From: Candidatus Kapaibacterium sp.
GTDB taxonomy: Bacteria; Bacteroidota; Ignavibacteria; Kapaibacteriales; UBA4661
Direction: 5' to 3'
DNA length: 59,113 bases
NCBI GenBank assembly: GCA_025363605.1
Contig: JANYDO010000135.1
Location: 1-59,113 of the forward strand
Shown in pieces: positions 19,745 to 30,979 of the stretch (positions are counted from its first letter, which is position 1; each line of letters opens with the position of its first letter). The notes below the pieces were generated by a model. The model saw only the letters and a program-made list of their open reading frames with translations, was not told the origin of the DNA and did no database searches. Both the position numbers and the translations under genes were made by a program.

Positions 19745-20851
19745 ATGACCAACCACGACGAAGCACATATTCTCATCGTTGATGATATTCCGCGCAATTT
19801 GCAGGTGTTGGGCAGTATCTTGAGCGAAAACGGTTTTGGTGTGAGCGTTGCATCAAGCGGACAAAGTGCATTGGACGCAATCGCAGCAAATATGCCGGAT
19901 GTCGTCTTGCTTGATATTCAAATGCCTGATTTGGACGGCTTCGATGTGTGCAGCCGCCTGAAAGAAAACCCCGAAACGAAAGATTTACCCGTGATTTTCC
20001 TCACCGCACGGACGGAAATTGACGATATTGTGCGGGGTTTCGAGGTGGGGGCGGTGGATTACATCACCAAGCCATTTATTTCGCAAGAGCTACTGGCACG
20101 TGTCAGAACCCATTTGCGTTTAGTCCGCCAAAATAAACGCTTGCACGACCTTAATAATGAAAAAGACGAGTTCTTGGGCATTGCCGCGCACGACCTTCGG
20201 AACCCGCTCTCGAAAATTCAGTTTATTGCCGAGAAAATGGCGTATCAAGCGGATTCGTTCACGCCGGAACTCATCACGGATGCGTCTGAGGACATTGTGC
20301 ATACAGTGAACGGTATGATGGAGCTTATCAGCAATTTGCTGGACACCAACGCTATTGAGCAGGGACATCTGGCGCTGGAACTCAATCCGATTGAGGCAGG
20401 CGTGATTATAGAGCACATTGTCCGCGACTACGACGAGCGGGCTGCAAAGAAAAAAATTACGCTCGTTTATGAGCAAAGTGAGAATCTACCGCTCATACAG
20501 GCAGATGAAGTGGCTATCGTGCAAATTTTTGACAATTTACTTTCCAATGCCATCAAATACTCTACCACGCGAACGCAAGTAACGACGAGCCTTCTGGCGG
20601 ACGGTGCGTTTGTGCGATTAGAGATTCAAGACGAAGGCTTGGGCATGACCGACGACGATAAAAAACGCCTTTTCCAAAAATTCGCCCGCCTTTCAGCACA
20701 GCCGACTGGCAATGAACATTCGATAGGACTTGGTTTATCTATTGTCAAAACTCTCGTGGACAGAATCGGTGCAGAGATTTCCGTCGAAAGTGCTGTTGGA
20801 AAAGGTACGACCTTCACCGTGAAATTTCCCGTTGCAAATAGTATCGAATAA
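19745..20851 (+). CDS. Response-regulator receiver fused to a histidine kinase (REC-HisKA-HATPase_c)
   Basis: ILIVDDIPRN...LLDIQMPDLDGF...KP, then H-box FLGIAAHDLRNPL and G-box IGLGLSIVKTLVDRIGAEISVES. Confidence 0.85.
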   Translation: MTNHDEAHILIVDDIPRNLQVLGSILSENGFGVSVASSGQSALDAIAANMPDVVLLDIQMPDLDGFDVCSRLKENPETKDLPVIFLTARTEIDDIVRGFEVGAVDYITKPFISQELLARVRTHLRLVRQNKRLHDLNNEKDEFLGIAAHDLRNPLSKIQFIAEKMAYQADSFTPELITDASEDIVHTVNGMMELISNLLDTNAIEQGHLALELNPIEAGVIIEHIVRDYDERAAKKKITLVYEQSENLPLIQADEVAIVQIFDNLLSNAIKYSTTRTQVTTSLLADGAFVRLEIQDEGLGMTDDDKKRLFQKFARLSAQPTGNEHSIGLGLSIVKTLVDRIGAEISVESAVGKGTTFTVKFPVANSIE

Positions 20852-20868
20852 ATCAAACAAGTGCAGAT

Positions 20869-21606
20869 ATGAAGCGGTTTACAATGTATTGGCAAATCTT
20901 ACGACTCTCCCTCACGACCATCGGCTATTCGCTCTTCGGATTGTCGTTTTCATGGTTCGACAAAGGGCATAAACTATTCTACAAACATGGTTTGCACTAT
21001 GCCGAGGCGATATTGCGGATTGCCAATATTACGCTTATCGTCGAAGGACGTGAGCATTTGCAAGAAGGCGAAACGTACGTCTTCGTAGCTAATCACGTCA
21101 GCATTTTCGACATTCCTGCCATTTGGGTAGCCACCGCGCCATCTCTAGGCGGGCGCATTCGTATCATCTACAAACGCACCTTAGAACTGATTCCTTTTTT
21201 AGGTTGGGAGCTTATGGCAAGCCCTTTTATCCCGATTCAGCGCGAGAAAATGCGCCGGAGCGTGGAAAGTATCACCTGCGCCGTAACAGCCATTCAGGAG
21301 GGTGCTTCCGTCATTATTTTCGCCGAAGGCACACGTTCGCGGTCGGGGCGTTTGAAAGAGTTTAAGCGCGGCGGCTTCCACCTTGCAGCACGTGCAAGGA
21401 AGCCACTTGTACCGGTAGCGATTGTGGACGCGCACAAGATTCTCCGCGCCGATTCGGTAGAATTGCAGCAAGGCACCATTCGCGTCATTATCGGCAAACC
21501 CGTCCCACCGCCGGAACAAGACGACCGCATCGTAGAACGAATGTTGATGAAACACATTCACGCCGTAATAGCATCCATGCTACCGGAAGACCAGCAGCCG
21601 ATGTAA
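20869..21606 (+). CDS. plsC: 1-acyl-sn-glycerol-3-phosphate acyltransferase
   Basis: Acyltransferase motifs ANHVSIFD (HX4D) and FAEGTRS, with an N-terminal hydrophobic anchor. Confidence 0.8.
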   Translation: MKRFTMYWQILRLSLTTIGYSLFGLSFSWFDKGHKLFYKHGLHYAEAILRIANITLIVEGREHLQEGETYVFVANHVSIFDIPAIWVATAPSLGGRIRIIYKRTLELIPFLGWELMASPFIPIQREKMRRSVESITCAVTAIQEGASVIIFAEGTRSRSGRLKEFKRGGFHLAARARKPLVPVAIVDAHKILRADSVELQQGTIRVIIGKPVPPPEQDDRIVERMLMKHIHAVIASMLPEDQQPM

Positions 21607-21636
21607 GGCAATGTTACGTTTTGAATGTTGAATGGG

Positions 21637-22686
21637 TCACTCCTTCGTAACGTTTTGCACCGCCGCAAACACCTCTTCCGGCACAACACTCCGCATACAT
21701 TCATGCGTTCCCAAGGGGCAAGCATTTGTGCCGTGCGGTGAGCAAGGGCGACACGCAAGATGTGTATTTTCCACCACCACTGCCCGCGAACTACGAGGCG
21801 CAAAACCAAACGCCTGCACCGTAGGACCAAAGATTGCCACCGTCGGACAATCCACTAATGCCGCCAGATGCGCGGGAGCGCTATCGTTGCAAACCAGAAT
21901 TGATGCGCTTTGGATAATTGCCAGCATTTCGGGTAATGATGTTTTTCCTGCAAGCGAGACCGAGCCGCTTTGCCTCGCTATCCGTTCGCACACCTCAGCA
22001 TCGTCTTTTCCGCCCAGCAAAACGACCTTTTTGCCTGCTTCCTGCAGCATCTGCACTAAACGCCCAAAATGCTCCTCGCGCCAACGCTTCGTCGCCCAGA
22101 CCGAACCTGGTGCACACGCGATAAAGCCCTTTTCAAGTCCGTGCTGTCGCAAAAGTGCTTCGGAAGCAGCAAAAACACTCTCCGGCAAACGAATTGTTGG
22201 TGCCTCGGGGAGACAATTGACACAATCTTCAAAAATACTCAAAAGAGCATTATTTCGCTCAATTTCATGTACTGCCGGATATTCCACGCGCTTGTCGTAG
22301 AGCCATGCGAAACTATTTTTATCGAAGCCGACCGAAAGACGCGCTCCCGAAAACCACGCCAATAGCGCAGTACGAAACGAGCGATGCGGCGCAAGCACAC
22401 AGTCCGCTCCCCCCGTGCGAAGTTGCCGCGCTACCCGCATCATTCCCCGCAACCCCCTATGCTTGCCGCGTTTGTCGAAAGCAACGACAGTATCAATATC
22501 TGTACAATACTGCGCAAACGTCGCCGACGCAGGTGTCGTGACAAGCGTAATTCGCACTTCAGGATGCACACGCCGCACGGTTGCTGCCAAAAACAACACG
22601 AGCGCCACATCTCCGATAAATGCAGTTTGAACGATAACAATATGCCGAAAGTCTGTGAGGCGCATAATTACTTGCCTTTGAGCCAT
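21637..22686 (-). CDS. Glycosyltransferase family 9 (LPS heptosyltransferase-like)
   Basis: 349 aa. GT9 pattern: IVIVQTAFIGDVAL N-terminus, GKTSLPEMLAIIQSASILVCNDSAPAHLAAL. An alternative start at 22665 would remove the overlap with the upstream gene. Confidence 0.75.
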   Translation of the reverse strand: MAQRQVIMRLTDFRHIVIVQTAFIGDVALVLFLAATVRRVHPEVRITLVTTPASATFAQYCTDIDTVVAFDKRGKHRGLRGMMRVARQLRTGGADCVLAPHRSFRTALLAWFSGARLSVGFDKNSFAWLYDKRVEYPAVHEIERNNALLSIFEDCVNCLPEAPTIRLPESVFAASEALLRQHGLEKGFIACAPGSVWATKRWREEHFGRLVQMLQEAGKKVVLLGGKDDAEVCERIARQSGSVSLAGKTSLPEMLAIIQSASILVCNDSAPAHLAALVDCPTVAIFGPTVQAFGFAPRSSRAVVVENTHLACRPCSPHGTNACPLGTHECMRSVVPEEVFAAVQNVTKE

Positions 22687-23699
22687 GAGAATATTACTTC
22701 TGCCACTGCTTCGGGTGTAAGCTCCTCAATACACGCACACGGCTTCCCTCCTTGACAAGCGTTGCAGTTTTTTTCTTGGGAAAGCACTGCTGCTTTTGTG
22801 CCTATCGGCTTCCACCGCCCGGGGTGCATGGGGCGAATCGGCGCAAAGAGTCCCAACGTGAATTTACCAAGTGCAGCGGCGATGTGCAGTGGTCCCGTAC
22901 TAGCGGCAATCAGCCCGTCAGCATTAGCAATAAGAGCCAGTAGTTCAGTTAAATTTGTTGCACCTGTGAGGTCTTTTCCGCCAATGTTCACCACTTCTTG
23001 CCGCAAACGTGGTACTTGCTTGCCCTCCGCTTCTGTGCCGGTGAGAATGATGTTGAACTGCGAGGGTGAAGGCAATGAAGTTGAGAGCAGGCGAAGCAAT
23101 TCGACGTAACACTCTTCGCTCCATTCAGGAGCGCTGCCCTGCGATTTGGGATGAAGAATAAGATTGAAACGCGTCGCATCAAGCACCTCCCCGCGCAAAT
23201 ACTCCGGCAGTGCGGGCAAGCGTGTAAGACCGTAATAGCGCGGCACATCCCGAAGCGGCGGCGCGGCGGCGCCTATCAACTTTTGAGCGAGACGAATATT
23301 TAATTCTGCCTCGTGAAGCGGTGAATTTTTGCGAGAGAGCGGGATGAGATTATTACACGTCCACCAATGATAAAATCGGCTCATCGTGCCGAAACGCTGC
23401 TTGACTCCTGCTTTCTTTGCCAGCCGCGCAATGGCGGAACGCGGAAAAACGTGCAAGACAATATCAATGTTCTGTTGCCGAAGCTGCCGTATTTGCTCCT
23501 CTTCAGGTAAGCGTTGCAATGCACTCCAGTCCAAAATTTCATCCACATTTTCGCAAACCTCCACCACAGGGCGTGTGTATGCCGCACAAAGAAACACCAC
23601 ACGACAAGACGGTATGCACTCTTTGAGCAATCCAGCCAGAGGAAGCGTTAGAACAACATCACCAATACTATCGGTGCGAGAAATGAGAATGGTAGTCAT
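22668..23699 (-). CDS. Glycosyltransferase family 9 (LPS heptosyltransferase-like)
   Basis: 343 aa. TTILISRTDSIGDVVLTLP N-terminus, GATNLTELLALIANADGLIAASTGPLHIAAAL. Confidence 0.75.
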   Translation of the reverse strand: MTTILISRTDSIGDVVLTLPLAGLLKECIPSCRVVFLCAAYTRPVVEVCENVDEILDWSALQRLPEEEQIRQLRQQNIDIVLHVFPRSAIARLAKKAGVKQRFGTMSRFYHWWTCNNLIPLSRKNSPLHEAELNIRLAQKLIGAAAPPLRDVPRYYGLTRLPALPEYLRGEVLDATRFNLILHPKSQGSAPEWSEECYVELLRLLSTSLPSPSQFNIILTGTEAEGKQVPRLRQEVVNIGGKDLTGATNLTELLALIANADGLIAASTGPLHIAAALGKFTLGLFAPIRPMHPGRWKPIGTKAAVLSQEKNCNACQGGKPCACIEELTPEAVAEVIFSWLKGK

Positions 23700-23809
23700 G
23701 CGGCAAAACTACGAAAAAGAAATGCTCTGAAAAAGGTATGAAAAAGAAACGTCGCGGCACAACAGCACCGCGACGTAGAACGATAGAGGCTATTTCCGAA
23801 CACATACTT

Positions 23810-26656
23810 CTAGCGGAGAATCACGATTTTACCGCCTTGCTGCGCTACATTTCCCGTAAAAACTCGATAAAAATAAACACCATCGGAAACCGCATTGCCA
23901 CTTGCGTTTTGGGCTGTCCAGACGACGCGCTGCTCTCCGGCGCTCATATTCTGGTCGGCAATGGTTGCAATTTCACGCCCTGAAGCGTCGTAAATTTTCA
24001 CGCTGACGCGGGCGGTTTTTTCCAGTGAGAAGCGTATTTCTGCTGCATCGGAAGCGGGATTTGGGTATGCTGTGGAAGACAACGTAGTATTTGCCGTCGG
24101 TTCATCGCGTACGCTCGTGAGCAAGCCTGCTTGCGGCGCTGGGAATGGCGTTGTGGAGTACAGACGAAACTCGCCCGGGCGCAGCATAATAGGCGCATTC
24201 ACATCTGCTACGGTCAATGTACGTCGCGTAAAGAATTCATTCCACGTACCGGTGCGCTGGAAACTTGGCGTAACAGCTTGCGGCTGCACATCAAAATTTC
24301 CCACAATCATGACGTTATTCGTGGGGTCATTGATAGCAATTCGTTTCACTGCGCCACTGAGAGATAACGTCACGCTGTCGCTGGAAAAGACGGGCTGCTG
24401 CACTTTGAGTTTCGTGAGTTCCGAATACACGTTGTAGAGCTTTCGGCGATTTGGGTCGGCGTAGTAATCCCACCGTGCGGGCTTGATAGTCAGGCGGTCG
24501 TTGGCGCTCAATGAGGGATAATTGATGGAATAATCGTAGCCGAGTTCACCGAATTGCCAAATCATCTTTGGTCCCGGAATGGTGAAAAAGAACGTTGCTG
24601 CCATTTTCATCCGCTCCAGTGCTGTTGCGGTGTCACGTGTGGTATAGGTGTCCGCACTATTGCCGTACTGAATATTTTTGTACATGAGGCGCTCTTCGTC
24701 ATGGCTTTCCATGTAACCAAGCACATTCGGCAAGTTCCAGCCCCGCTGACGGTAATACACCCAATTGAAATTAGAATTAGAACCAGAATTATAGCCCATC
24801 GTCGCTTCGTTGTAATTATTGACAGAATTGCCCCAGAACATCAACCCGTAATTTGCAAGTTCGGTTTCCTCACTATTTTCAGCAAAATGTTCCAGAATCA
24901 GATACGCCGTCTGGTCGTATTTGCGTACTGCATCGTACATCCGCTTTAGAAGCCGTATGCGCGAGGTATCGCGGGCGCTCCATAACGTTACATTCCCACC
25001 ACTATTAAACTGCGTAAAACCCTTTGAAAGATCAAAACGGAAACCATCTGCCCGAAAACGCTGCACCCAGAATTGCAGAACACGATCCATAAACTGTTGT
25101 GTTCCGATGTATTCGTGGTTAAAATCATTAAACACGCTAAAGGGATGTGTTGCTTGAACGTTGAAATACGGATTTGACGATGCCGGGTACAACTGATACA
25201 GAGGGCACGAACCCGTTGCATGATTAAACACAACATCAAAGACAATCGCAATACCAAGCGCGTGAGCGCTGTCCACGAACTCGCGGAGATTTGTTTCCGT
25301 GCCGTAGTATTTATCAACGGCACAGTAAAATGCCGGATTGTAGCCCCAGCTATTATTGCCGTCAAACTCCGACACAGGCATAAGTTCGATACAGTTCACA
25401 CCAAGCCGTTTCAGATATTGGAGCGAGTCCATTGCGGCGCGGAAGGTGCGCTGGGTGGTAAAATCACGGATAAGCATTTCATAAACAACAAGGTCTTTTG
25501 CTGCCGGACGACGGAAGTTATTTGCTCGCCAAGCATATGGTTCGCGTGGAGCTTTGAGTACGCCCACCATACCAGTCGTCTTGCCAGTCGGATACGCCAT
25601 CAAATTTGGATAGCGGTTGTCGCGGATGACTTCGGGGTCGTTGAAAGGGTCAAGAATTTTTTCCACATAAGGGTCGGGAGTGCGCGTGGAACCGTCAATA
25701 ATGTACTGAAAGCCGTATTCCTTGCGCGGTGTAAGTCCCGAAAGTCGAACCCAATAGCGCTGCCCGTCGGGAGTACGATTCATCAGGCTATTTCCCGTAG
25801 GCTGCCAATTATTAAAATCGCCAATGGTGTAGATAAATTGCTTGTTCGGCGCAAACAGTACCAGTACAATCGTTGTGCTGTCCACAATGTTAATGCCATC
25901 CTGCACACCCGTTGGCAACTCCGCCACAGGCGTTTCGCCTCGCACAAAAAACGTAAGCGAATCGCTCAACGTCTGTCCGTTTTGCACGGCGGTGAAACGA
26001 ATTGTACGACTCACGCCGGCAGCAGAAGCCGGCACGACGTAGGTGTAGGTCAGTTCACGTCCGCTTGCTTGCGTGATCTGCGTCGTGCCGTCTGTCAGCG
26101 TCAACGTAGAAGCAAGCGAGGTAGCAGCACGGAAGCGCAGTGTATCGCCGGCTTGGTAAAAGGTCGTGCTGCCTGAGGGCGAGAGAATACGCGCAATGAA
26201 CGTACCAGAGGGATACACCGGATAGAAAATATCCGTTCCGCCCGCACCCTTGCCTTCTTGCGAACCAGTAGCATTGCGGAATACAAACGCTAATTGGCGT
26301 ACCGTATCTGCCGAAGGAACTCCGTAAAAACTGCGAATATTAAAGGACAAACTGTGCAAATTATTACCAAGCGAGGTCATTTTCACTTTGGGATTATCTG
26401 TTCCCCACGGAGCGACGACAAACTTCCAATCACTGTTGCTTGTGCTGCGATTGGTAATAACTCCTGTGTGAGCATACACAGGCGAAACCCCGCGAAGACC
26501 GCCCGTGCCTTGCGTAGCATCAAAGGTAACCGTCACACTATCTTCGGTTGTGGGAAAGGGCGGGCTTACTTGGACTTGCGCCAAAAGATGCAAAGACGCG
26601 GTGCAGGTAAGAGCAATGATACCGCAACAAAGCAAACGGAGAAAACGAGTATTCAT
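23810..26656 (-). CDS. Large secreted GH13-family glycoside hydrolase (pullulanase/amylase-like) with N-terminal beta-sandwich modules and a C-terminal T9SS sorting domain
   Basis: From ORF 23810..26797, trimmed to the ATG at 26656 (MNTRFLRLLCCGIIALTCTASLHLLAQ, a signal peptide). GH13 regions: VFDVVFNHA, GFRFDLSKGF, LILEHF, YMESHDE. The C-terminal segment YPNPASD...GVYFYRV...IVILR is T9SS-CTD-like. Confidence 0.8.
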   Translation of the reverse strand: MNTRFLRLLCCGIIALTCTASLHLLAQVQVSPPFPTTEDSVTVTFDATQGTGGLRGVSPVYAHTGVITNRSTSNSDWKFVVAPWGTDNPKVKMTSLGNNLHSLSFNIRSFYGVPSADTVRQLAFVFRNATGSQEGKGAGGTDIFYPVYPSGTFIARILSPSGSTTFYQAGDTLRFRAATSLASTLTLTDGTTQITQASGRELTYTYVVPASAAGVSRTIRFTAVQNGQTLSDSLTFFVRGETPVAELPTGVQDGINIVDSTTIVLVLFAPNKQFIYTIGDFNNWQPTGNSLMNRTPDGQRYWVRLSGLTPRKEYGFQYIIDGSTRTPDPYVEKILDPFNDPEVIRDNRYPNLMAYPTGKTTGMVGVLKAPREPYAWRANNFRRPAAKDLVVYEMLIRDFTTQRTFRAAMDSLQYLKRLGVNCIELMPVSEFDGNNSWGYNPAFYCAVDKYYGTETNLREFVDSAHALGIAIVFDVVFNHATGSCPLYQLYPASSNPYFNVQATHPFSVFNDFNHEYIGTQQFMDRVLQFWVQRFRADGFRFDLSKGFTQFNSGGNVTLWSARDTSRIRLLKRMYDAVRKYDQTAYLILEHFAENSEETELANYGLMFWGNSVNNYNEATMGYNSGSNSNFNWVYYRQRGWNLPNVLGYMESHDEERLMYKNIQYGNSADTYTTRDTATALERMKMAATFFFTIPGPKMIWQFGELGYDYSINYPSLSANDRLTIKPARWDYYADPNRRKLYNVYSELTKLKVQQPVFSSDSVTLSLSGAVKRIAINDPTNNVMIVGNFDVQPQAVTPSFQRTGTWNEFFTRRTLTVADVNAPIMLRPGEFRLYSTTPFPAPQAGLLTSVRDEPTANTTLSSTAYPNPASDAAEIRFSLEKTARVSVKIYDASGREIATIADQNMSAGEQRVVWTAQNASGNAVSDGVYFYRVFTGNVAQQGGKIVILR

Positions 26657-26745
26657 AACAAACATTGAGAAAAAGTGGTGAAAAGGAAAGCACACAAAGG
26701 ATAAGGATACCATCAAGAAACATTTATTCAACAAGCAAACAAACC

Positions 26746-27858
26746 TTAATCGCCAAAACTGATACCCAAATCTCGCGCCGTCAAAATCGTGTCGCAATCA
26801 ACAGGTACGTGGCGGACGCGGTCGGCTACTTGGTCAATAGGGATATAATTTACCGTCGGCGGGTTCAGAACGACCACCACTCCGGACTGACCTTCTTCCA
26901 GCGCTCGCACTGCGGCTGCGCCGAATCGTAAAGAAAGCAAGCGGTCAAAAGCAGTCGGAGAGCCACCACGCAAGAGATGTCCCAGCACGACGCAACGAGT
27001 TTCTTTTTGGGTCATTGTTTGGATTTGCGCAGCAATTTTTTCGCCTAAGCCTCCGAAACGCTCGGCTTTACCGACTTCTTTTTCGACCACCGAGGTTGTG
27101 CCGCCCTTAGGAATTGCGCCTTCTGCCACAACGATAATCGAAAAATTGCGTCCGGCTGCTTCGCGGGCGTTGATTTTCTCGGCAACAAGGTTCATATCGT
27201 ACGGAATTTCAGGAATAAGCACCACGTCTGCCGTTCCCGCCACACCTGCGTTCAGTGCAATCCACCCCGCAGTGCGCCCCATCACTTCCACCACCATCAC
27301 ACGATGATGCGATTCCGCCGTCGAGTGCAGGCGGTCAATAGCTTCGGTGGCAAAACTCACGGCGCTATCGAAACCAAACGTAGCGACAGTACCTTCGAGG
27401 TCGTTATCAATCGTTTTCGGAACGCCTATCAATCGGATATTGCCACGCTTGGCGAGTTCATGAGCCATACTAAGCGAGCCGTCGCCGCCGATTGCAATAA
27501 GTGCATCGAAGCCATGTTTCTTAAAGCCTTCTATAATCTCACCGGAACGGTCAACCTCTTTGATTGTTCCGTCGGGCTGCGGCATTGGATAATGGAAAGG
27601 ATTGCCGCGATTCGTAGTCCCGATAATTGTGCCGCCAAGATGCGTAATCCCGCGCACACGCGCTCGTGTAAGCGGTATCACGCCGTCGCCGTTCGGATAA
27701 CGCTCCGGCAGAAAAATACCGTTGTAGCCGTCGCGGATGCCGAAGACTTCCCAGCCGCGTTTGGTAGCTGCGTGGACTATTGCACGAATAACGGCATTCA
27801 AGCCCGGTGCGTCACCACCACCTGTGTTGACAGCAATGCGTTTAATTGGTTGAGTCAT
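26746..27858 (-). CDS. pfkA: 6-phosphofructokinase (GGDGS form, so probably ATP-dependent)
   Basis: From ORF 26746..27924, trimmed to the ATG at 27858 (MTQPIKRIAVNTGGGDAPGLNAV). Motifs: IGGDGS, PKTIDNDL, MGR. Confidence 0.85.
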   Translation of the reverse strand: MTQPIKRIAVNTGGGDAPGLNAVIRAIVHAATKRGWEVFGIRDGYNGIFLPERYPNGDGVIPLTRARVRGITHLGGTIIGTTNRGNPFHYPMPQPDGTIKEVDRSGEIIEGFKKHGFDALIAIGGDGSLSMAHELAKRGNIRLIGVPKTIDNDLEGTVATFGFDSAVSFATEAIDRLHSTAESHHRVMVVEVMGRTAGWIALNAGVAGTADVVLIPEIPYDMNLVAEKINAREAAGRNFSIIVVAEGAIPKGGTTSVVEKEVGKAERFGGLGEKIAAQIQTMTQKETRCVVLGHLLRGGSPTAFDRLLSLRFGAAAVRALEEGQSGVVVVLNPPTVNYIPIDQVADRVRHVPVDCDTILTARDLGISFGD

Positions 27859-27964
27859 AGCAATTTTTAGGTAAGTGGATGAATGAACCGAACATAAATT
27901 CAGGAAAAACAAAACTCTGAGCAAGGGGAATTTACTCAGAGTTTGGCGGGAATACTATTCTGTA

Positions 27965-28669
27965 TCACTTTTTTTTCTTTGCGCTCGGAGCCGGAGTATC
28001 GGAAAGCGTACCGGTCGGCATGGTCATTTTATTATAGCCTTGCGGCGGCTCGAATACGGCTTCGGCAAGCGGTTTTTTCTCAACGGTCATTACTTCCAGA
28101 CGTGTCATCTCGCGTCCGGCTTTGTTTTTCTCAATAAACAAAAATGGGAAGAGATTACTGTTTTTAAGGAACACTGCCATGTTATTGGAACTGATAAGAT
28201 TTACCCCCATAGCCCCGCTCGGAAGCGAGAGTTTACCGATATCGCTCGAAGCCCAGAGTTCTGTCTCAAGGTCATTTCCTTTTTCCAACCAATGCTCGCA
28301 CGGATGTCCGGCTATGGTTTGTTTGTCCGATGCTTTGGTGGGCGCTTTCGAGGCTACACCGGGTGGAGCAGACGGAGCGGGCATTTGCATATATTCGTGG
28401 CTACGGTCGGTGACCATATAAATCAACTTTTTCTTACTGTCAACGATAATGCGCGGCTGATTAGCATCCTTCACATCTTCTGCCATAAACTTATCTCCTT
28501 TGATGTAAAGGCGCATCGTTACTGAGTCCACGATACCATGCGTTTCACCCTTTTTCTTAAACACAACAACCCCCTCGAAGTTTGCTAGTTTTTGGGCAAA
28601 TAATCGGGGTGTAATGCCAATAGATATTGCGAGACACAGGATAATACCGTACTGAATCAATGTTTTCAT
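27965..28669 (-). CDS. Exported hypothetical protein
   Basis: From ORF 27965..28765, trimmed to the ATG at 28669 (MKTLIQYGIILCLAISIGITPRLFAQ, a signal peptide). No catalytic motif recognised. Lys-rich C-terminus. Confidence 0.55.
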   Translation of the reverse strand: MKTLIQYGIILCLAISIGITPRLFAQKLANFEGVVVFKKKGETHGIVDSVTMRLYIKGDKFMAEDVKDANQPRIIVDSKKKLIYMVTDRSHEYMQMPAPSAPPGVASKAPTKASDKQTIAGHPCEHWLEKGNDLETELWASSDIGKLSLPSGAMGVNLISSNNMAVFLKNSNLFPFLFIEKNKAGREMTRLEVMTVEKKPLAEAVFEPPQGYNKMTMPTGTLSDTPAPSAKKKK

Positions 28670-28821
28670 GCACGTTCCCGTAGAAGATAATAGAGTGGAA
28701 AATTGACAACAAGCGCATGGCTTGTTGTAACACAACGTAAAAACAACGCTGACACAACAAGCCATGAAATTACACTTTCAATACCGCTTTTACAAACGTT
28801 TCTTGCGCTCACGCAAAAATT

Positions 28822-30840
28822 TTATTCGTCGTTGCCAGCACGAAGTTTTTCCAGTACGGAGAAATCTTCCAGCGTTGTTGTGTCGCCCGTTACGGCATTG
28901 CCGGAAGCGACTTCGCGCAAGAGACGGCGCATAATTTTCCCACTCCGCGTCTTGGGTAACGAGTCCGAAAGTCTGATTTCATCAGGCTTGGCGATATGTC
29001 CAATTTCCTTTGCAACGTGATTGCGAAGCTCTTCCTTCAGTTCGGCAAGCCCGCTTTTGCTTGCATCGGTCGCTGTTTTCAAGGTGACAAACGCCACCAG
29101 TGCCGAACCCTTAATATCGTCTGGACGCGCCACTACTGCCGCTTCCGCTACTGCCGGATGAGATACCAATGCACTTTCCACCTCAGCCGTTCCTAAGCGG
29201 TGTCCGCTCACGTTCACTACATCATCCACGCGCCCCATTATCCAGATGTAGCCATCTTCATCCTTACGCGCACCATCGCCCGTGAAGTAGTAGCCACGCC
29301 GCTCGGCGGTTTCGGGGAATTCTTCCCAGTATGTTTTTTTGTAGCGCTCATCGTCGCCGAAGACTGTGCGCAGCATGGATGGCCACGGATGCTTCACCAC
29401 CAAGTACCCGCCTTCGTTTACACCACAAGGCGAACCGTCTTTGTTCACCACGTCCGCTAAAATACCCGGAAGCGGCTTGGTAGCTGTGCCGGGTTTGGTT
29501 GGCGTTGCACCCGGAACAGGGGAAATCATCATTGCGCCGGTTTCGGTCTGCCACCACGTATCCACGATGGGGCAACGCTTTCCGCCGATATTCGTGTGAT
29601 ACCACATCCACGCTTCAGGATTTATCGGCTCTCCAACTGTTCCCAGAAGCCGCAGCGAAGATAAATCATGCTTCAGCACGTAACTTTCGCCGGACTTCAT
29701 AAAAGCGCGAATTGCCGTTGGTGCGGTATAAAAAATTGTAACTCTGTGGCGTTCAATCATGTCCCAAAGCCTGTCTGGTGCGGGATACGTCGGTACGCCT
29801 TCGTACATAAGCAGCGTCGCGCCGTTCATCAGCGGACCGTAGGTAACGTAGGAATGCCCCGTCACCCAGCCAATATCTGCCGTGCAGAAATACAAGTCGT
29901 CGTCGCGCATATCGAAGACAAGATTCGTCGTGTACGCGGTTTGTGTCAAATAGCCACCGGTAGTGTGCAGAATGCCTTTGGGTTTTCCGGTAGAACCGCT
30001 TGTGTAGAGGATAAAAAGCGGATGTTCGCTATCCAATTCCTCCGGCGGACAGACATTGCCAACGGCTTGCACACGCTCATGCCACCAGTGGTCGCGCCCG
30101 ATAACCATATGCGTTTCCTCATTCGGAGCGCGGCGGAAGACGACTACATTTTCGACCGTCGGCGTTTGTGTCACAGCCGCATCAACGGCGGGTTTGAGTG
30201 GTGTAAAGACACCTTTACGGTATGCACCGTCTTGCGTGACAACGCAGACTGCTTTCGAGTCATTCACTCTATCACGCAGTGCTTCTGCCGAGAAACCGCC
30301 AAAGACAACGTTATGCGTCGCTCCGATACGTGCGCAGGCAAGCATTGCCACGACCGCTTCCGGCACCATGCCCATATAAATCGCTACCACATCGCCTTTT
30401 TTGATACCGAAGGATTTCAGCACATTAGCAAAACGGCTCACTTCGCCGTGAAGCGTTTGATACGTCAGCGTCCGCACTTCGCCCGGCTCGCCTTCCCAGA
30501 TGAGCGCCGCTTTATTGCGCTTCCACGAGTTTAAGTGGCGGTCTAGGCAGTTGTAGGAAGCATTGATTTTCCCGCCCGTAAACCATTTCGCAAATGGATA
30601 CTTCCACTCAAGCGCCGTGTCCCACTGCTTGAACCACGTTAGAGCGTTTGCTTGCTGTTCCCAGAAAGCAACGGGGTCTTGCTCGGCTTTATGGCAGAGA
30701 GCCTCAAGTTCAGCAGCCGATCTAATGTGCGCCTTTGCCGAAAATTCCGGCGGTGGAGGGAAAACCCGATGCTCTTGCAAGACCGATGAAATTGAGTCTT
30801 GGGCGTTGCCATTACCATAGACGGCGGTTGTAGTATCCAT
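28822..30840 (-). CDS. acs: Acetyl-CoA synthetase (AMP-forming)
   Basis: From ORF 28822..30885, with the start at 30840 (MDTTTAVYG). AMP-binding motifs [11 protein letters not shown] and [23 protein letters not shown], and C-terminal [11 protein letters not shown]. Confidence 0.9.
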   Translation of the reverse strand: MDTTTAVYGNGNAQDSISSVLQEHRVFPPPPEFSAKAHIRSAAELEALCHKAEQDPVAFWEQQANALTWFKQWDTALEWKYPFAKWFTGGKINASYNCLDRHLNSWKRNKAALIWEGEPGEVRTLTYQTLHGEVSRFANVLKSFGIKKGDVVAIYMGMVPEAVVAMLACARIGATHNVVFGGFSAEALRDRVNDSKAVCVVTQDGAYRKGVFTPLKPAVDAAVTQTPTVENVVVFRRAPNEETHMVIGRDHWWHERVQAVGNVCPPEELDSEHPLFILYTSGSTGKPKGILHTTGGYLTQTAYTTNLVFDMRDDDLYFCTADIGWVTGHSYVTYGPLMNGATLLMYEGVPTYPAPDRLWDMIERHRVTIFYTAPTAIRAFMKSGESYVLKHDLSSLRLLGTVGEPINPEAWMWYHTNIGGKRCPIVDTWWQTETGAMMISPVPGATPTKPGTATKPLPGILADVVNKDGSPCGVNEGGYLVVKHPWPSMLRTVFGDDERYKKTYWEEFPETAERRGYYFTGDGARKDEDGYIWIMGRVDDVVNVSGHRLGTAEVESALVSHPAVAEAAVVARPDDIKGSALVAFVTLKTATDASKSGLAELKEELRNHVAKEIGHIAKPDEIRLSDSLPKTRSGKIMRRLLREVASGNAVTGDTTTLEDFSVLEKLRAGNDE

Positions 30841-30979
30841 AATGCTGAACAAAGAATGAAGATGGGAGAAAACGGGGAATTTCATTCAAACTCCCCCACA
30901 CGTTCCGAAAGAAGCTAAAAATCCCCTCAAAAGCAAGCAAAAACAGTACAAGCACAAAAATACTCTACAAAGCACTTCC

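Noticed and set aside
26657-26797. N-terminal extensions given by the ORF track (GH13 to 26797, also pfkA to 27924, argC to 32056, rpsO to 42116, nusA to 49785, and others).
   Set aside because: The extensions overlap the upstream gene or lack similarity. In each case an internal ATG gives the canonical family N-terminus or a clean signal peptide.
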